A stretch of 63,572 bases of DNA, counting the filler, from Thraustochytrium aureum (lineage: Eukaryota), in the NCBI GenBank assembly GCA_012862495.1. It is 4 parts of 4 records of this genome, joined end to end, with 100 filler letters (N's around TTAATTAATTAA, not from the genome) between each part and the next. Parts side by side here need not be neighbours in the genome. Positions count along the whole stretch, not along the records: positions 21,633 to 47,045 come from BLSG01000221.1; 3 more parts are not named here. The stretch is one strand, 5' to 3'. The notes below the pieces were generated by a model. It saw nothing but the letters and a program-made list of their open reading frames with translations. It was not told the DNA's origin and did no database searches. The position numbers and the translations under genes are program-made. Position 1 is the stretch's first letter. Each line of letters starts with the position of its first letter. Positions 34,510 to 46,176 of this stretch are shown here, piece by piece.

Positions 34510-36000
34510 ATGGCGAGCGAGTACGAGCAGCTCCGGCTGGAGCGCATCAAGGCGAACGAGGCGTTCCTAGCAGAGCTCGACGTCGCCCAGGACAAGGGCA
34601 CCCTTGAACGAAACAAGCGCAAGGCGAAACCTGCCGCGACAAGGACGAAGCGCACGAAGAGCGCGGCGCAGCAGGCAGTCGAGCCGGCCAGGCGCAGCTC
34701 GCGGCTGAGCGGCAAAGAAGCTGAAAGCCTCTACATTCTCTCCGCGTCCAGGGGCAAGGTCTTGGTCGGCGGCCAGCCGCCGACCATGCGCCCCGAGCTC
34801 GACTCGTCAGGCGCCCCGGTGGCAATGTACGACCTCAAGGGCGGAGGGTTCGCCCCGGCGCGCCAAAAAACTCGCTTTGAGGATCAAGTCCTCGACCTTG
34901 GCTTGCGCGCGGACCAGATGGACAAGTCTGGCAGCGATTTTTTTGCCTCGCTCAAGACCGCCGCCGCCGACGGCGGGGGGGTCGCGACGCACAGCAAAGG
35001 GGCCCTGGCGTACAGCGAGCGACTCAGCAAGCTCGAGTGCACAGCTGCGGTCAAGATCACTCCGGCGCGTGCTTATGCGGTGGCGTTTCACCCTCAGGTC
35101 CCCGTCGTCTGCGCTGGAGACCGGGATGGCAACATCGGTCTCTTGCGGTACTCAGAAAGCGATCTGGAGGCCGAGAGCGCCTCTCTGGAGTACAAGCCGC
35201 ACGTCAGCACCGTAAATGCGCTCGCCTGCGCCGAGACAATGTTGTACTCATTCAGCTACGACGGGACGGTGCGCGCTATGGACCTTGGAAAGCCGGGAAC
35301 CTTTCAACTTGCCTTCAAGTCGACCGCGAATGGAGCCAAGGACGTTTGGCTGCAGCATGGCGTTCTCTCCGCGAGCGGGAAGACCATGTATGTCGCCATG
35401 TCGGACGGCCACGTGGTGCACGCCTCGGTGAACGCCGGAAAGCCCATTTGGTCGTTTGCCGCGCACGACAAGAAGGTGCAGACGGTGTCGGCGAGTCCTG
35501 ACGAGCGGCTCCTCGCGACCGCGAGCCTAGACCGATCTATCAAGGTCTGGGACTTGCGCAAGTGCGGTGGCGCAAAGCCCAAGCCGCTCTGCACCTTCCA
35601 GGACTCCCACAGTATCAATAGCTGCACCTTCAACCCCACTGGCAGCAAGCTCGTGGCCGTCGCAATGTCCAACAAACTGCATCTTTTCGCGCACCCCGAC
35701 AAGACCACTGGCGACTCGCTCAACCCGACGCGTTCAGTGCGCCACGACAACCGCACAGGAAGGTACCTGGCCGTATTCCACGCGGCTTGGGACCCAAAAG
35801 AGCCGGACGCCTTTATTGTGGGCTCAATGGCCCAGCCGCGGCGCGTTGAGGTTTACTCTGCCGACAACGACGAGCTCAACCTCGTCATGAACCTTTCAGG
35901 GGACCTCTTGGGCTCCGTCCAGAGTCGCAGTGCTTTCCACCCGACGCTGGACCTTATCGCGTGCGGAAACGCTAGCGGCCGCCTCCACCTCTTCCAATGA
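34510..36000 (+). CDS. WDR76: WD40 protein WDR76/Cmr1
   Basis: N-terminal SEYEQLRLERIKANEAFLAEL and RRSSRL, followed by AVAFHP…AGDRDGNIGL, SYDGTVR, TASLDRSIKVWDLR, HDNRTGRYL and GNASGR. Confidence 0.85.
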   Translation: MASEYEQLRLERIKANEAFLAELDVAQDKGTLERNKRKAKPAATRTKRTKSAAQQAVEPARRSSRLSGKEAESLYILSASRGKVLVGGQPPTMRPELDSSGAPVAMYDLKGGGFAPARQKTRFEDQVLDLGLRADQMDKSGSDFFASLKTAAADGGGVATHSKGALAYSERLSKLECTAAVKITPARAYAVAFHPQVPVVCAGDRDGNIGLLRYSESDLEAESASLEYKPHVSTVNALACAETMLYSFSYDGTVRAMDLGKPGTFQLAFKSTANGAKDVWLQHGVLSASGKTMYVAMSDGHVVHASVNAGKPIWSFAAHDKKVQTVSASPDERLLATASLDRSIKVWDLRKCGGAKPKPLCTFQDSHSINSCTFNPTGSKLVAVAMSNKLHLFAHPDKTTGDSLNPTRSVRHDNRTGRYLAVFHAAWDPKEPDAFIVGSMAQPRRVEVYSADNDELNLVMNLSGDLLGSVQSRSAFHPTLDLIACGNASGRLHLFQ

Positions 36001-36187
36001 GAGGCGCTCGTTGTCGCCATCGCGGAGTCTATAGACAAGACTGAGTTTCGAATAATCTATCTGTTGTCGCAGCACTTTTAAGCGTTCGAGCACCCGAGAC
36101 CCTTGCTTCCGAGGGCCGGCGAGTGGCGACGCAGCCGAGCACCGCCATCGGCAATGGGCGCACGGCGCCTATCGCGTCGGCACTTGG

Positions 36188-39100
36188 TCATCCCTGCCCC
36201 GAGCCGGCCTCTCGCACCGCCGCCTCGTGAAGCGCCTCCATGGCCGCTTTGATGAGCGGTTGGATGCGAGAGGAAACCAAGTGGACGCCCAAGTCATTTG
36301 TGGATTTTGAGAGAACCCCAATCACGTGCCCTTTCGAGTCCAAGAGCGGCCCCCCAGAGCTCCCGTCGTGGTTCCACGGCGTGGCGTGGATGAAGGTCTT
36401 CTTCGGACTGAAGCCTACTGTGAAGCCGCTGTCTGTTGGCCGCACTCGGCTTGTCAGCCGCCGCTGCCGTTTCGCGAGCAACAAAGCCAGCCAGCGAGCC
36501 AGCCAGCGAGCCAGCCCCACCGCGAAACATGACACTTACCCATGCAGATCGTCTCGCCTCGGCGAAGCGGAAAGCCCAGCAAGCTCACCGGTTCGCCAAT
36601 ACGCACCAGCGACGAGTCCCCCATTTCAATCTCCGCCGGCAGCGGGAGCTGCACCGGGCCGATCCGCTCGAGCGAAAGCGTGCCGTAAACGGAGGACGGC
36701 ACCTTGGGCGGCTGCCCGGGCAGGCACAGGTGCGGGACCTCGCGAACCTCGTGCACAACCCGAAGCACCATCGCGTCAAGAAAGGCCGGCCCCTCGTCGC
36801 CAGCCAGGACGAGCTCGGCTTCGTAGCGCCACGGGGGGATGCTGTCCTCCGTCTCAAAGCAACCTATCACAAGTCGCTTCGAGCTGGCCTCCCCAAACAA
36901 AAACCGACGCATTCGAGTCGACGGGCTCGTGATCAGGTGACACGCAGACACGACGACCCCGCGCTCGCGGTCAATCACAAACCCTGTGCCCTGCTCTTGG
37001 AACTTGTGCAGTTTGGTGCAGAAGATCCCGATTCGGCAGATCGCCCGCGCGTCCACGAGCGTCCCGGATCCGAGCCGGAGTTCATACGCGAGCTGCTCTC
37101 GCCCCATCGGCTCGCTCTGCTCCGCGGCGCGCGCTAGCGATTGCGGCAAGTGTCCCCAGAGGCCCTGCTCGGAGAACCCCCCACTTCCAGACTGCAGGTT
37201 GTCGTGATGGTTCACATGGTGCGTTTGGTGAGCCGAATGCGAGGCGTACACTGGCGGCGGGGCCGGTGGCTGGTGCTGGTGCCCGTGCTCCAGGTGTGCC
37301 ACGGGAGCACCGAGGTGCGGATCGATTTGCGCCATCAACACCTCCTTGGGGCGAGGCGGTGGCAAGAGCCACATCAGAGGACAGTCATGAGCGAATATAT
37401 GCGTACTGTGCACTTCGCACATCATCGCGCAACGACGGTTTCGAACTGCAGCCGCCGTGGACGTATGGGGCGAGGCCGTCGAGGATGTCGAGGTGGACGT
37501 CTGCCGCCCGAGCCCGAGCAGAGCAGGGCCACCAACGTGTGAGGCGTCGCCCGAGTTGGTGTGCTGGATCGCACTCCCATGCATGCGGTGTTGGGCGTAG
37601 AGCTGCTCGCAGAGCTCGAGCCAGTCCTCGATGAGGTCGTCCTTACGGTTGCGCGCCATGCACTCGACGTCGAGGAGCTGGAACCAGTGAGCGTGGCTCA
37701 GGGGGTCCTGCGAGCGCAACCGCGACAGACAAACTGGGCAACGCACGAGGTAAACCCAGGTGATTCCCATGTACTCGTCAATGAGGATCGTCTCGATCAC
37801 CTTTTGCAGCTTGGAGACGTGCTCCCACATCTCGAAGAGCGATGTCTGCTGCCCGCGAGCGCAGACGTCGAGAACAGCCCGCTCGTGGTCAAACACGTCC
37901 CCGTCCTCGTCGACTTTCCTGTCGCCGCTCCCAGAGTCATCCGACCCGCCTCCGTCGTCGCCGCCCTGCCCGTCGTCCAACACCATTTCCTGGTGGAGAT
38001 AGAGCAAAAGCTTGATTTGCTGGCGGTGTGGGAGCCGCAGGCTTATGATGGACGCGTCGTTCCAAGTGCGCGTCTCCGTGTTGTTCACGTCAAAGAGCTC
38101 CGAGATGCGCGTCAAGATCTTGGCCATGATCCCGGGCGGGCGAAACCGGGTGAAGACGAAGCTCCTCCCAACCTCGATCTCGCCTACGTCATCGACGTGC
38201 ACGAGCTTGGGCCAGCGCTTTTCGAGGTCGATGGATTTGGTAATCAGGCACGGGATAAGCCAACGGCGGACCCTGTTATGCGAGGGCAGGGGACTGCAGA
38301 CATCAAACTGCTCCAGCACAGTAAAGAGGCCATCGTACACGGAGCGGTCGCGGACCCGGCGCTGGCCAGTGCGGTCGCGCTCAAAGAGCTCTGGCCAGAG
38401 CAGCTCGACCAGGGACTCGCAAAGAATGCCCTTGTCTTTGAGGTGGCAAACATCGCGTGCGATGATCGACTCGCGGTTGTTGATGGCGCCGCGGCTGGTC
38501 ATGTACTCTTTCTTGGTGCGTCGCGCGAGCTTCTTGACGATGTTGTGGTCCACGACGCGCTTGATGCAGTCGACGATCCACTTGGAGTCGAGGAAGAGCA
38601 TGCTGTCCGTGCCCCTGTTGTGGACGATATCGCCGATGTCGTTGAGAAAATAGACGCACTGCTGGACGTCCTCGTTGGTCACAGCGATCGCGGTGCGACG
38701 CGACACTTGAGCGATCTTGCGCTCGAGGTCCTCCCAGACGCAGACGGGCTGTTGCCGGCGCTCGTTTCGGAGCTCGCAGATCGCGTCCTCGACCACCGCC
38801 CACGTCATGGGGATGCAGGCCAGGTTGCTGACGTGCGGAAAAAGGGTCTCATTTCGAACCAAGCGAGACAGCGTCTGGCGGAGGTCTTCGAACCCGCGGT
38901 GCTCGCGCGACGACACGAGAAGGACGTGCCGCATGATGTGAGGCCGCTGTCGCAGCAGCACCTGCGGGCGCATCTCGTGGTACTCGTTGTCATCGACTTC
39001 GTTCACGAGGTCGTCGTCGAACTCGTCGTGGCCTACTGCCCCAAGGGCAGAAAGCACCGAGACGCTTTCAGTCGCCACAGTGCGCAGAGCTCCGGGCTTT

Positions 39101-42057
39101 GCGCCGTTCCAGGCTCCTGACACGCCGGAGGTGACGCTCATTGTGGATCCTATCTCGCCCATGTCCGCCTCTCGCTCGTCTTCTTCGAAAATCATCGCTT
39201 GTAGGTTGTTTTTTTGCCAGGTTTCGTGCTGCCGGATGCGGCGCAGAAGGATGCCGACGCGCTCGCGCGCCTGGTCTGCGCTCACCGTGTCAGACTTGGA
39301 GGCTATGATCTGAATCACGGCGCCAGGTACTCGCGCCTGGATGGAGTAGATCCAAAAGCACACCTCTGCGTCCAGCTCGGCGACACTGTACTTGCTGATG
39401 TCCCAGACCAGCAGGTAAAGCGTCCGCCGCGACAGGAAAAGTTGGTGTGAGCGGTAGTAGACAGACTGGCCGGCAAAGTCCCAGATGGACAGCATCTGCG
39501 CTGCGTGCGAGTCTCCGGCCCTCAGCTCGCACGGGTAGATGTCCACGCCAAACGTGCGCGCGTCCTCCGACGTCGTGTTGGGCTCGTTGCTCAACAGCGT
39601 CTTGATCAAGGAGGTTTTGCCCGCTGACTCGTGCCCCAAGACGACAATCTTAAAGTTGCGCTGCTGGCTTCCCAAGGATGGCTCTGGCATTGGCGAAATC
39701 TCCACTCTGGGCGTGGTGCCGCTGGCGCCATTCGCAGACGTCGGGCTGGCGGCGACCTCGATGGGGCTTGGGGCAGAGACGTGGGCGTCTTGCGGGGTTG
39801 CTCGCACGTCAGGGGGTTCGAGCGCGCCGCGGCCGGAGTCGTTGCCGCTTGATCCCTCGGCGCTCACAGGCTCCGGCTCGGGGCTAGGCTTGGCATCAGC
39901 TGACGAGGCCCCGGTTCACTCTGCGACGTGGCGAGTAGCTGGCGAGGCGGTCGTTCGTCCAATTGGCTCCCAGACGCCCCGCCCGTCGTGCGCGGTGCTG
40001 CCTGGGCCGCNNNNNNNNNNNNNNNNNNNNNNNNNNNNNNNNNNNNNNNNNNNNNNNNNNNNNNNNNNNNNNNNNNNNNNNNNNNNNNNNNNNNNNNNNN
40101 NNNNNNNNNNNNNNNNNNNNNNNNNNNNNNNNNNNNNNNNNNNNNNNNNNNNNNNNNNNNNNNNNNNNNNNNNNNNNNNNNNNNNNNNNNNNNNNNNNNN
40201 NNNNNNNNNNNNNNNNNNNNNNNNNNNNNNNGCTTGCAACGCCAAGAGAATCGAGCGAGCGGTTCGAAAGCGAGGTCTGCAGCGAAGTGATCGACGACGC
40301 TCGACCGCCCCGCGTCGACCACTGCTCGCTGTCGCCTGGCCCAAGCGAAGCCTCGAGCAACGGTGAGGTGGCGCTATCAACGCGCTGATGAGACAGCGGG
40401 GACACTTCATCGTGAGCATCGCTGTAGCCGACTCGATCAGCGGCGCTTGGTTGGCGCGGGGGCTGCAAAGCGGTTCCGGGGCGGAGACCTCCGGTCGACG
40501 CGCAGGCGATTCCGGCTCGATGGGAAGCGAAGACTGCAGAGGGCCCGTCGCACAGAGCCCGAGCGACTGGGCTTGGGCGCTCTGCCCTTCGGCTAAAGCG
40601 GTAGGACTCGCTGCCCCGGCGCTCGACGGAGGCGTCGACAGTCGCGGGTACATTCGGCGAGCTCCGTCTTTGGTGAGACTCCAAAAGTAGCGGCGCACGG
40701 ACTCTGGCCCGCTAGAGACCACGGAGAGGGGCGGCATTTGCAAGGGATTGCCGTTCGCTCGGAGCGTCTTGAGGCGGTCCATGAACTTGAAGCAGATAGG
40801 GAGGCCCGTGAGCTTGTTGGTGTGAATCGAGAGCTGCTCCAGCTTTAGCATGGCTTCGAAGAAACGCGGGTCGAGCGTGCCGGCCAGACTGTTCATTCCG
40901 AGATCGAGCGATTTCAGGGTCTTTCCCAGCGTGCTGTTCAGGGCCGTGATGAAGACGGCTGAGGCCTCGCGGTCCTCTGCTTCAACAGGCACCAGGACCT
41001 CGATGTGGTTGTCCCGGAGGTCCAAGAACTCTAACGCGGGCAGCGTAAGAAGCTGGCGCGGAAAAGCCTTGAGGTTGTTGTGGCTCACCGAGAGCAGCGT
41101 CAGGTTTGTCAGCGAGGCAAGCTCCGGAAAGCTTGACTCGGTCAGGCGGTTGTAGTCGAGGTGAAGCTCGCAGAGGCGCTCCAGGTCTGCGACGTGGTGA
41201 GGCACTCGGCGCAGCTTGTTCCTGTCTAGATCAAGGATGCCGAGGCGGAGGCGAGTCGCGTCGTGCTTTAGGACGTGTTTGAGACCGTGGATGGTGTAGA
41301 ACCCTTGAGAGCGCAGACTGAGCTCGATCGCCACACTGTCGCACCACTCGCGAATGAGCCGTTTGCAGCGCGACCGCAGCACTCTCCGGCGCTTCGAGTC
41401 TTTAATGCGCCGCGGCCGCCTTCCGTAGGCATTGCCGTGCTCGTCAATGCCGACCTCGTCGTGACTGCTGCCGAGGCTTACGAGGTCGGCTTTGCCGCTG
41501 TCGGTGTACAGAAGGCGGTCTTCGTCGATGACCCGTCAGTGAGCTTTCGCGTGGTGGGTGGACTTGGAACTCGAGCGCCCCGTCTTCGGCGAGGAGCTCG
41601 TCGAGTCCGTCCTGAGTTCCGGGAATGAACGCTTGGTGGCTTTCGTCGAATCCCTCGGTGGCGACGAGCCGGGTCGCTTCGTTTGACGGTGGCGATTGTT
41701 GCGCTTGTTGCGCTTTTTGTGGCCCGGTGTACTCGTCCTCGTCAGAGTCCTCGTCATCTTCGTCGTCCTCGTTCGAGTCGTCTTCGTTTGAGTCGTCGTC
41801 GTCGTCGTCGTTGGCTCTGGCCCTGCGAAGGCCGCCTGCTCCTTCCCTTTGGCCGTATGACAGGTCTTGATGGAACGAGCCCGATATTGCGCCGTCGTCG
41901 CCGCTGCTGTACACGAGCTCGTCTTCATCGGCTATTCCTGGACGCGCAGCGGCGGGTGCAGCGGTGAGCGCGTACAAGCCGAGCGGAGCCGGCGCCCCCG
42001 GTTGCCCCTGTTCTGCCGTCCGTACGCGCTCGCTCGTCTTCGTCTTCCTCAGCATTG
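36188..42057 (-). CDS. Roco protein: acidic N-terminus - LRR - Roc GTPase - COR - trypsin-like serine protease (one intron, gap, frameshift near 41535)
   Basis: LRRs at 40700-41260. Roc motifs GHESAGKTS, TFGVDI, WDFAGQSVYYRSHQLFLS and SKSD. COR motifs FLNDIGDI and FLDSKW. Protease motifs GTGFVID, SACH, LDAMVL, LLGFP and GSSGGP. Confidence 0.88.
36433..36539 (-). other. Spliceosomal intron (107 nt) in the Roco protease domain
   Basis: ATG G|GTAAGT…GCTGAC…CAACAG|AC AGC. Splicing gives in-frame ICMDSGFTVGF, leading to GSSGGP. Confidence 0.85.
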
Positions 42058-42608
42058 NNNNNNNNNNNNNNNNNNNNNNNNNNNNNNNNNNNNNNNNNNN
42101 NNNNNNNNNNNNNNNNNNNNNNNNNNNNNNNNNNNNNNNNNNNNNNNNNNNNNNNNNNNNNNNNNNNNNNNNNNNNNNNNNNNNNNNNNNNNNNNNNNNN
42201 NNNNNNNNNNNNNNNNNNNNNNNNNNNNNNNNNNNNNNNNNNNNNNNNNNNNNNNNNNNNNNNNNNNNNNNNNNNNNNNNNNNNNNNNNNNNNNNNNNNN
42301 NNNNNNNNNNNNNNNNNNNNNNNNNNNNNNNNNNNNNNNNNNNNNNNNNNNNNNNNNNNNNNNNNNNNNNNNNNNNNNNNNNNNNNNNNNNNNNNNNNNN
42401 NNNNNNNNNNNNNNNNNNNNNNNNNNNNNNNNNNNNNNNNNNNNNNNNNNNNNNNNNNNNNNNNNNNNNNNNNNNNNNNNNNNNNNNNNNNNNNNNNNNN
42501 NNNNNNNNNNNNNNNNNNNNNNNNNNNNNNNNNNNNNNNNNNNNNNNNNNNNNNNNNNNTGTCTCGACTCTCGACCGTCATTGCGTTCCGCTCATGCGTT
42601 CCGCACTT

Positions 42609-42950
42609 GGAAACGAACCGCTGTTCCTTGACCCTGGGAACGAGCCGCTGTTCCTTGCTATTGGGAACGAGCCGCTGTTCCTTTAATTCGGGAACGATTC
42701 GCTGTTCCTTGAGGTTGGGAACGAGCCGCTGTTCCTTGCTATTGGGAACGAGCCGCTGTTCCTTGCTATTGGGAACGAGCCGCTGTTCCTTGCCATTGGG
42801 AACGAGCCGCTGCTCCTTTAATTCGGGAACGATCCGCTGTTCCTTTAATTCGGGAACGTACGACTGCTCCTTGGCACAAGGGCGAGCTTTGGAAGTTCCT
42901 TGGCGCAAGATGGCATGCGTTCCGCACTGGGGAACGCACTGCTGTTCCTC
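42609..42950. repeat. 27-bp minisatellite, 10 tandem units (42609-42878) plus an isolated unit at 42930; each unit has GGAAC-N8-GTTCC dyad symmetry
   Basis: Consensus GGGAACGAGCCGCTGTTCCTT plus 6 variable nt. Units start at 42609, 42636, 42663, 42690, 42717, 42744, 42771, 42798, 42825 and 42852. Confidence 0.95.
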
Positions 42951-43808
42951 CCTGTGTTGTTCGCTCTATTCCCCTGTGAGAAGAGGAGGGGGAGGGAGGT
43001 CCTGTGCCACCGGCGTGCGCTTCAATTTCAGAGGGCGCAGAATCGCGATGAATCTGTGCTTGCGCTCCTCTCGAAGGGCACCAGCAAGTACAAGTCCGCT
43101 CCCGCACTTGCTGCTTGTCCACATAAACCGGTTCCCCTGGGTGGTTCCCCTGCTAGAGAGGGCTTGCGCAGTTTCCGCACCAGCACTCCGAGTCCCTTCT
43201 AGCTCTTGGCATGTACTAGCTAGTACCTACCGGTACTCGTCACTCCCAAGTCACCATTTCATTTTTTCACTTTCTTTTTTTTCACTTTCTTTTTTTTCCT
43301 TTTTTTCCACTATTTCCTCTTTTGTCCATGATGCGCCGTTTTTCAATTGATCAAGATGCTTCGAAGTGAGCGGACTGGTGCTTGTTTGTTGAGGGCGCCT
43401 GCCTGGCCGCTCCATCTGGCAGCCTGCCTCCCTGCCGTCGGTCCAGGAGGGAAAGAGAGCGCGACCAGGCCAGGCAGCTCCACCGTGCCGTGGCAGGTAC
43501 CTTACGTCGCGCGCCCGNTGGCTTCCCGGCGGAGCGGCGCGAGCGACCTGGGCGCGCAGCTCGGGCGAGCCCTGCGAAGCCGCAGCTGCGAAAAGCCGGA
43601 CCGACGCCTCGAGCCAGACGTCGCACGCCGTTGCTGGGCGGNNNNNNNNNNNNNNNNNNNNNNNNNNNNNNNNNNNNNNNNNNNNNNNNNNNNNNNNNNN
43701 NNNNNNNNNNNNNNNNNNNNNNNNNNNNNNNNNNNNNNNNNNNNNNNNNNNNNNNNNNNNNNNNTCTGTAGGGCGAGACCCGGACGCCCGTCGTTCCGCT
43801 TGCGAGGG

Positions 43809-44677
43809 ATGGGCGAGCCCTACGGGTTCGCGTGCGGCCTCGTTGCGGGAACAACCACCGCGGCCGTGTTCACGCCTGTGGACCGGGCGCTGTTTCTGGC
43901 TCATGTACACAAGCGGCCGTTCCTGCGCACGGCCAACTTCTCCAACCCCTTCCAGGGGGTGAACCAACTCATCTTGCATCGCATTATCTCGAGCGGCATG
44001 TGCTTTCCGCTGGAGGACTTCGTGCGGCGGACATCGCCGGCAGGCTCCGCGCAATGGTCGCGTGGGTCGGCGTGCCATAATTTTGCAAGCGGAATCATCT
44101 CCGGCTCGCTCATCGCCATTGCCACAAACCCGCTGGCCGTGATCACGGCGCAAAAGTGGTGCGCGAAAGAGCGCGGCTCGATCGTCTGCATCGCTCGGAG
44201 CATGTGGGCCCAATCTGGCGCGCGCGCCTTCAACCGCGGCATATGGTGCACTATCGCGCGCGACTCTTTATGGGGCGGCGTCTTCTCCTCTCTGCGGCAC
44301 GGCCTTCCGATGTTGCTGGACGGCGGCCACGACGCTTCGGCTCGAAGGGGCCCAGGGATGTACAGCCCAGGGGCTATCTCGTTCGTCGCCAACTTGGTGG
44401 CCGCGGGAGTTGCAACTGCTGTTTCCTCGCCCCTCAACTACGCTCGCAATCTGCAATTTGCGAGCGCCGGTTGCTCCAGCCTCTCCGCGCGCCAGATCTT
44501 CCAGGCGTTGGTGCACGACGCGGAGGCTCATTATGAAAGGACGGGGCAGAGTCGAGTTGTGTTTGCCGCACACCGGCTGGCGATTGGGTGGGGCACGCTG
44601 CGTGTTCTTTCGGGATGGCGCTGTCTTCGCAGATCTATTGTTACGCAATGTTTTGCGCCTCAATGCCACCGCGGTGA
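43809..44677 (+). CDS. Mitochondrial carrier (SLC25/MCF); frameshift near 44608
   Basis: Three carrier repeats with Px[DE]-like signatures (FTPVDRA, TNPLAVI, SSPLNYAR), RAFNRG and ARDSLWGG. The shifted tail reads FGMALSSQIY. Confidence 0.85.
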
Positions 44678-46176
44678 CGCGCGAGAAGCTGTACAGTCTG
44701 CTTTGGCTCCGCTTTGCTCTCTCTGTCTCCTAGCCGGCGCAAGCAGGCGATCGCTTCCGTGTCGGCCTTTGCCCTTTCATCGTCGGCCGATGGCGACGCG
44801 GCCAGCATGTGAAAAATAAACTGTAAGATACTTACTCCTCTAGGTACCTTTTCCGCGGCTTTGTCTGGGTGGGGTGGCATCGGCGCGGCCCCAATCAGCG
44901 AGACAGACGGTTGCAGCGCTCTCGCTGCAAACCCTACTGGCCTGGAGCGATGCCTATAGGTCGACGTGATACCCTATCTCAGCCCAAAGGGAGAGTGCGG
45001 GCGCCGCTTCAGCGCCAGCAGACGCAGGTGCGGCGCATCGACGCGCTTCCTCCCAATTTGAGGAGAGTGCGCCACACCACAGCCGACGTTTGGTAGGAAA
45101 GGCAATTGTTGCCAACGTATTCTGCGCTGTCCAAAACCGCGTCGGGGCTCCAGGGGCGCTCTTTCAAGCTCTGGCGCGCTGTGCTCCAACTGATGGGCAA
45201 AAATGGCCAGTTGCGACGAGCATGTCACGAATTTGAAGCCAGTGAACGGATATGGGCGCTTGTCACTGCGCCCGCGACGCACCCAAGCGCGGCGCAGACA
45301 ACCCACGAGGCCGTCGGCTTGTGATACAGAGCAGGTCTCCAAATCGCGCTTCCGCATCCAATTTGTTTCGGCCGCGGCAGTTTTGAGAAAGCGAGAAAGA
45401 AACGACAGCATTTTTTCTATCTTGCTTGCTCTCTTGCTTGCTGGCCTTGCTTGCTTGCTTGTGCTTTCATTAAGCCGACCTTGCGCGTCATCGACCTTTT
45501 ATCGAGCACCGCCGTTTGTCGCGCGCAGAGATGTCCTGTTTGGGGCGGTTTAGCGAGGATGGCGCACAGCGTCACCGCCGGCGCGTCGCCAGGAACACGA
45601 AAACCCCACGAGGTAATTTTACCGCTTTTCGCGGGTAAACTTTATCTGTTTTAAAACCCAACGGTGGTGGAAAGGTCCTCTAGTAAATGCCCCGATGCCT
45701 CAAGTGTGCGTTACGTTTGTCCGTTGAGTTTAGGAGGGGCCTTGCGAACAAACGGGGCGAGAGCCACCTTCGAACGGCCAAACCAAAAGAACGACGCCAT
45801 GCCAGCAACTCTCTTTTTCGAAGTTTCCATGGTGTTGACCCATTGTGTTGCTTAAAAAACTGGCTTCTATCGGAGAAGAGTCTAATCAAGCAGTATTGAA
45901 CGCAGTTGCCCCACCTTCACGATGACGCCGCACTCGACGCATGCACTGCCAACCCCAACAGAGCTGGCGCGGCGAGGCCCGCTATCAATATTTGAACCGC
46001 AGCGTCACCACCCACTTAACCACGAAACGTGTCGCGGTGAATCGGAACGGATGCTGAAAGAGCCGCCCGCCCCCACACGGCACCAAGCGAAAGTCGATCA
46101 CGTTCAGTGAGGGCGACCTATCAAAGCGGCATGGATATACTAGAAGGTGATGGGCGCATGAGAAAAGGAAAGAGTG

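Noticed and set aside
42609..42878. CRISPR array
   Set aside because: The variable parts are only 6 bp and recur (gctatt x3, taattc x3). There are no cas genes and the context is eukaryotic.
44869..45900. Short ORFs between the carrier and AMT genes
   Set aside because: They show no motifs and inconsistent frames, so this is probably intergenic or promoter DNA.
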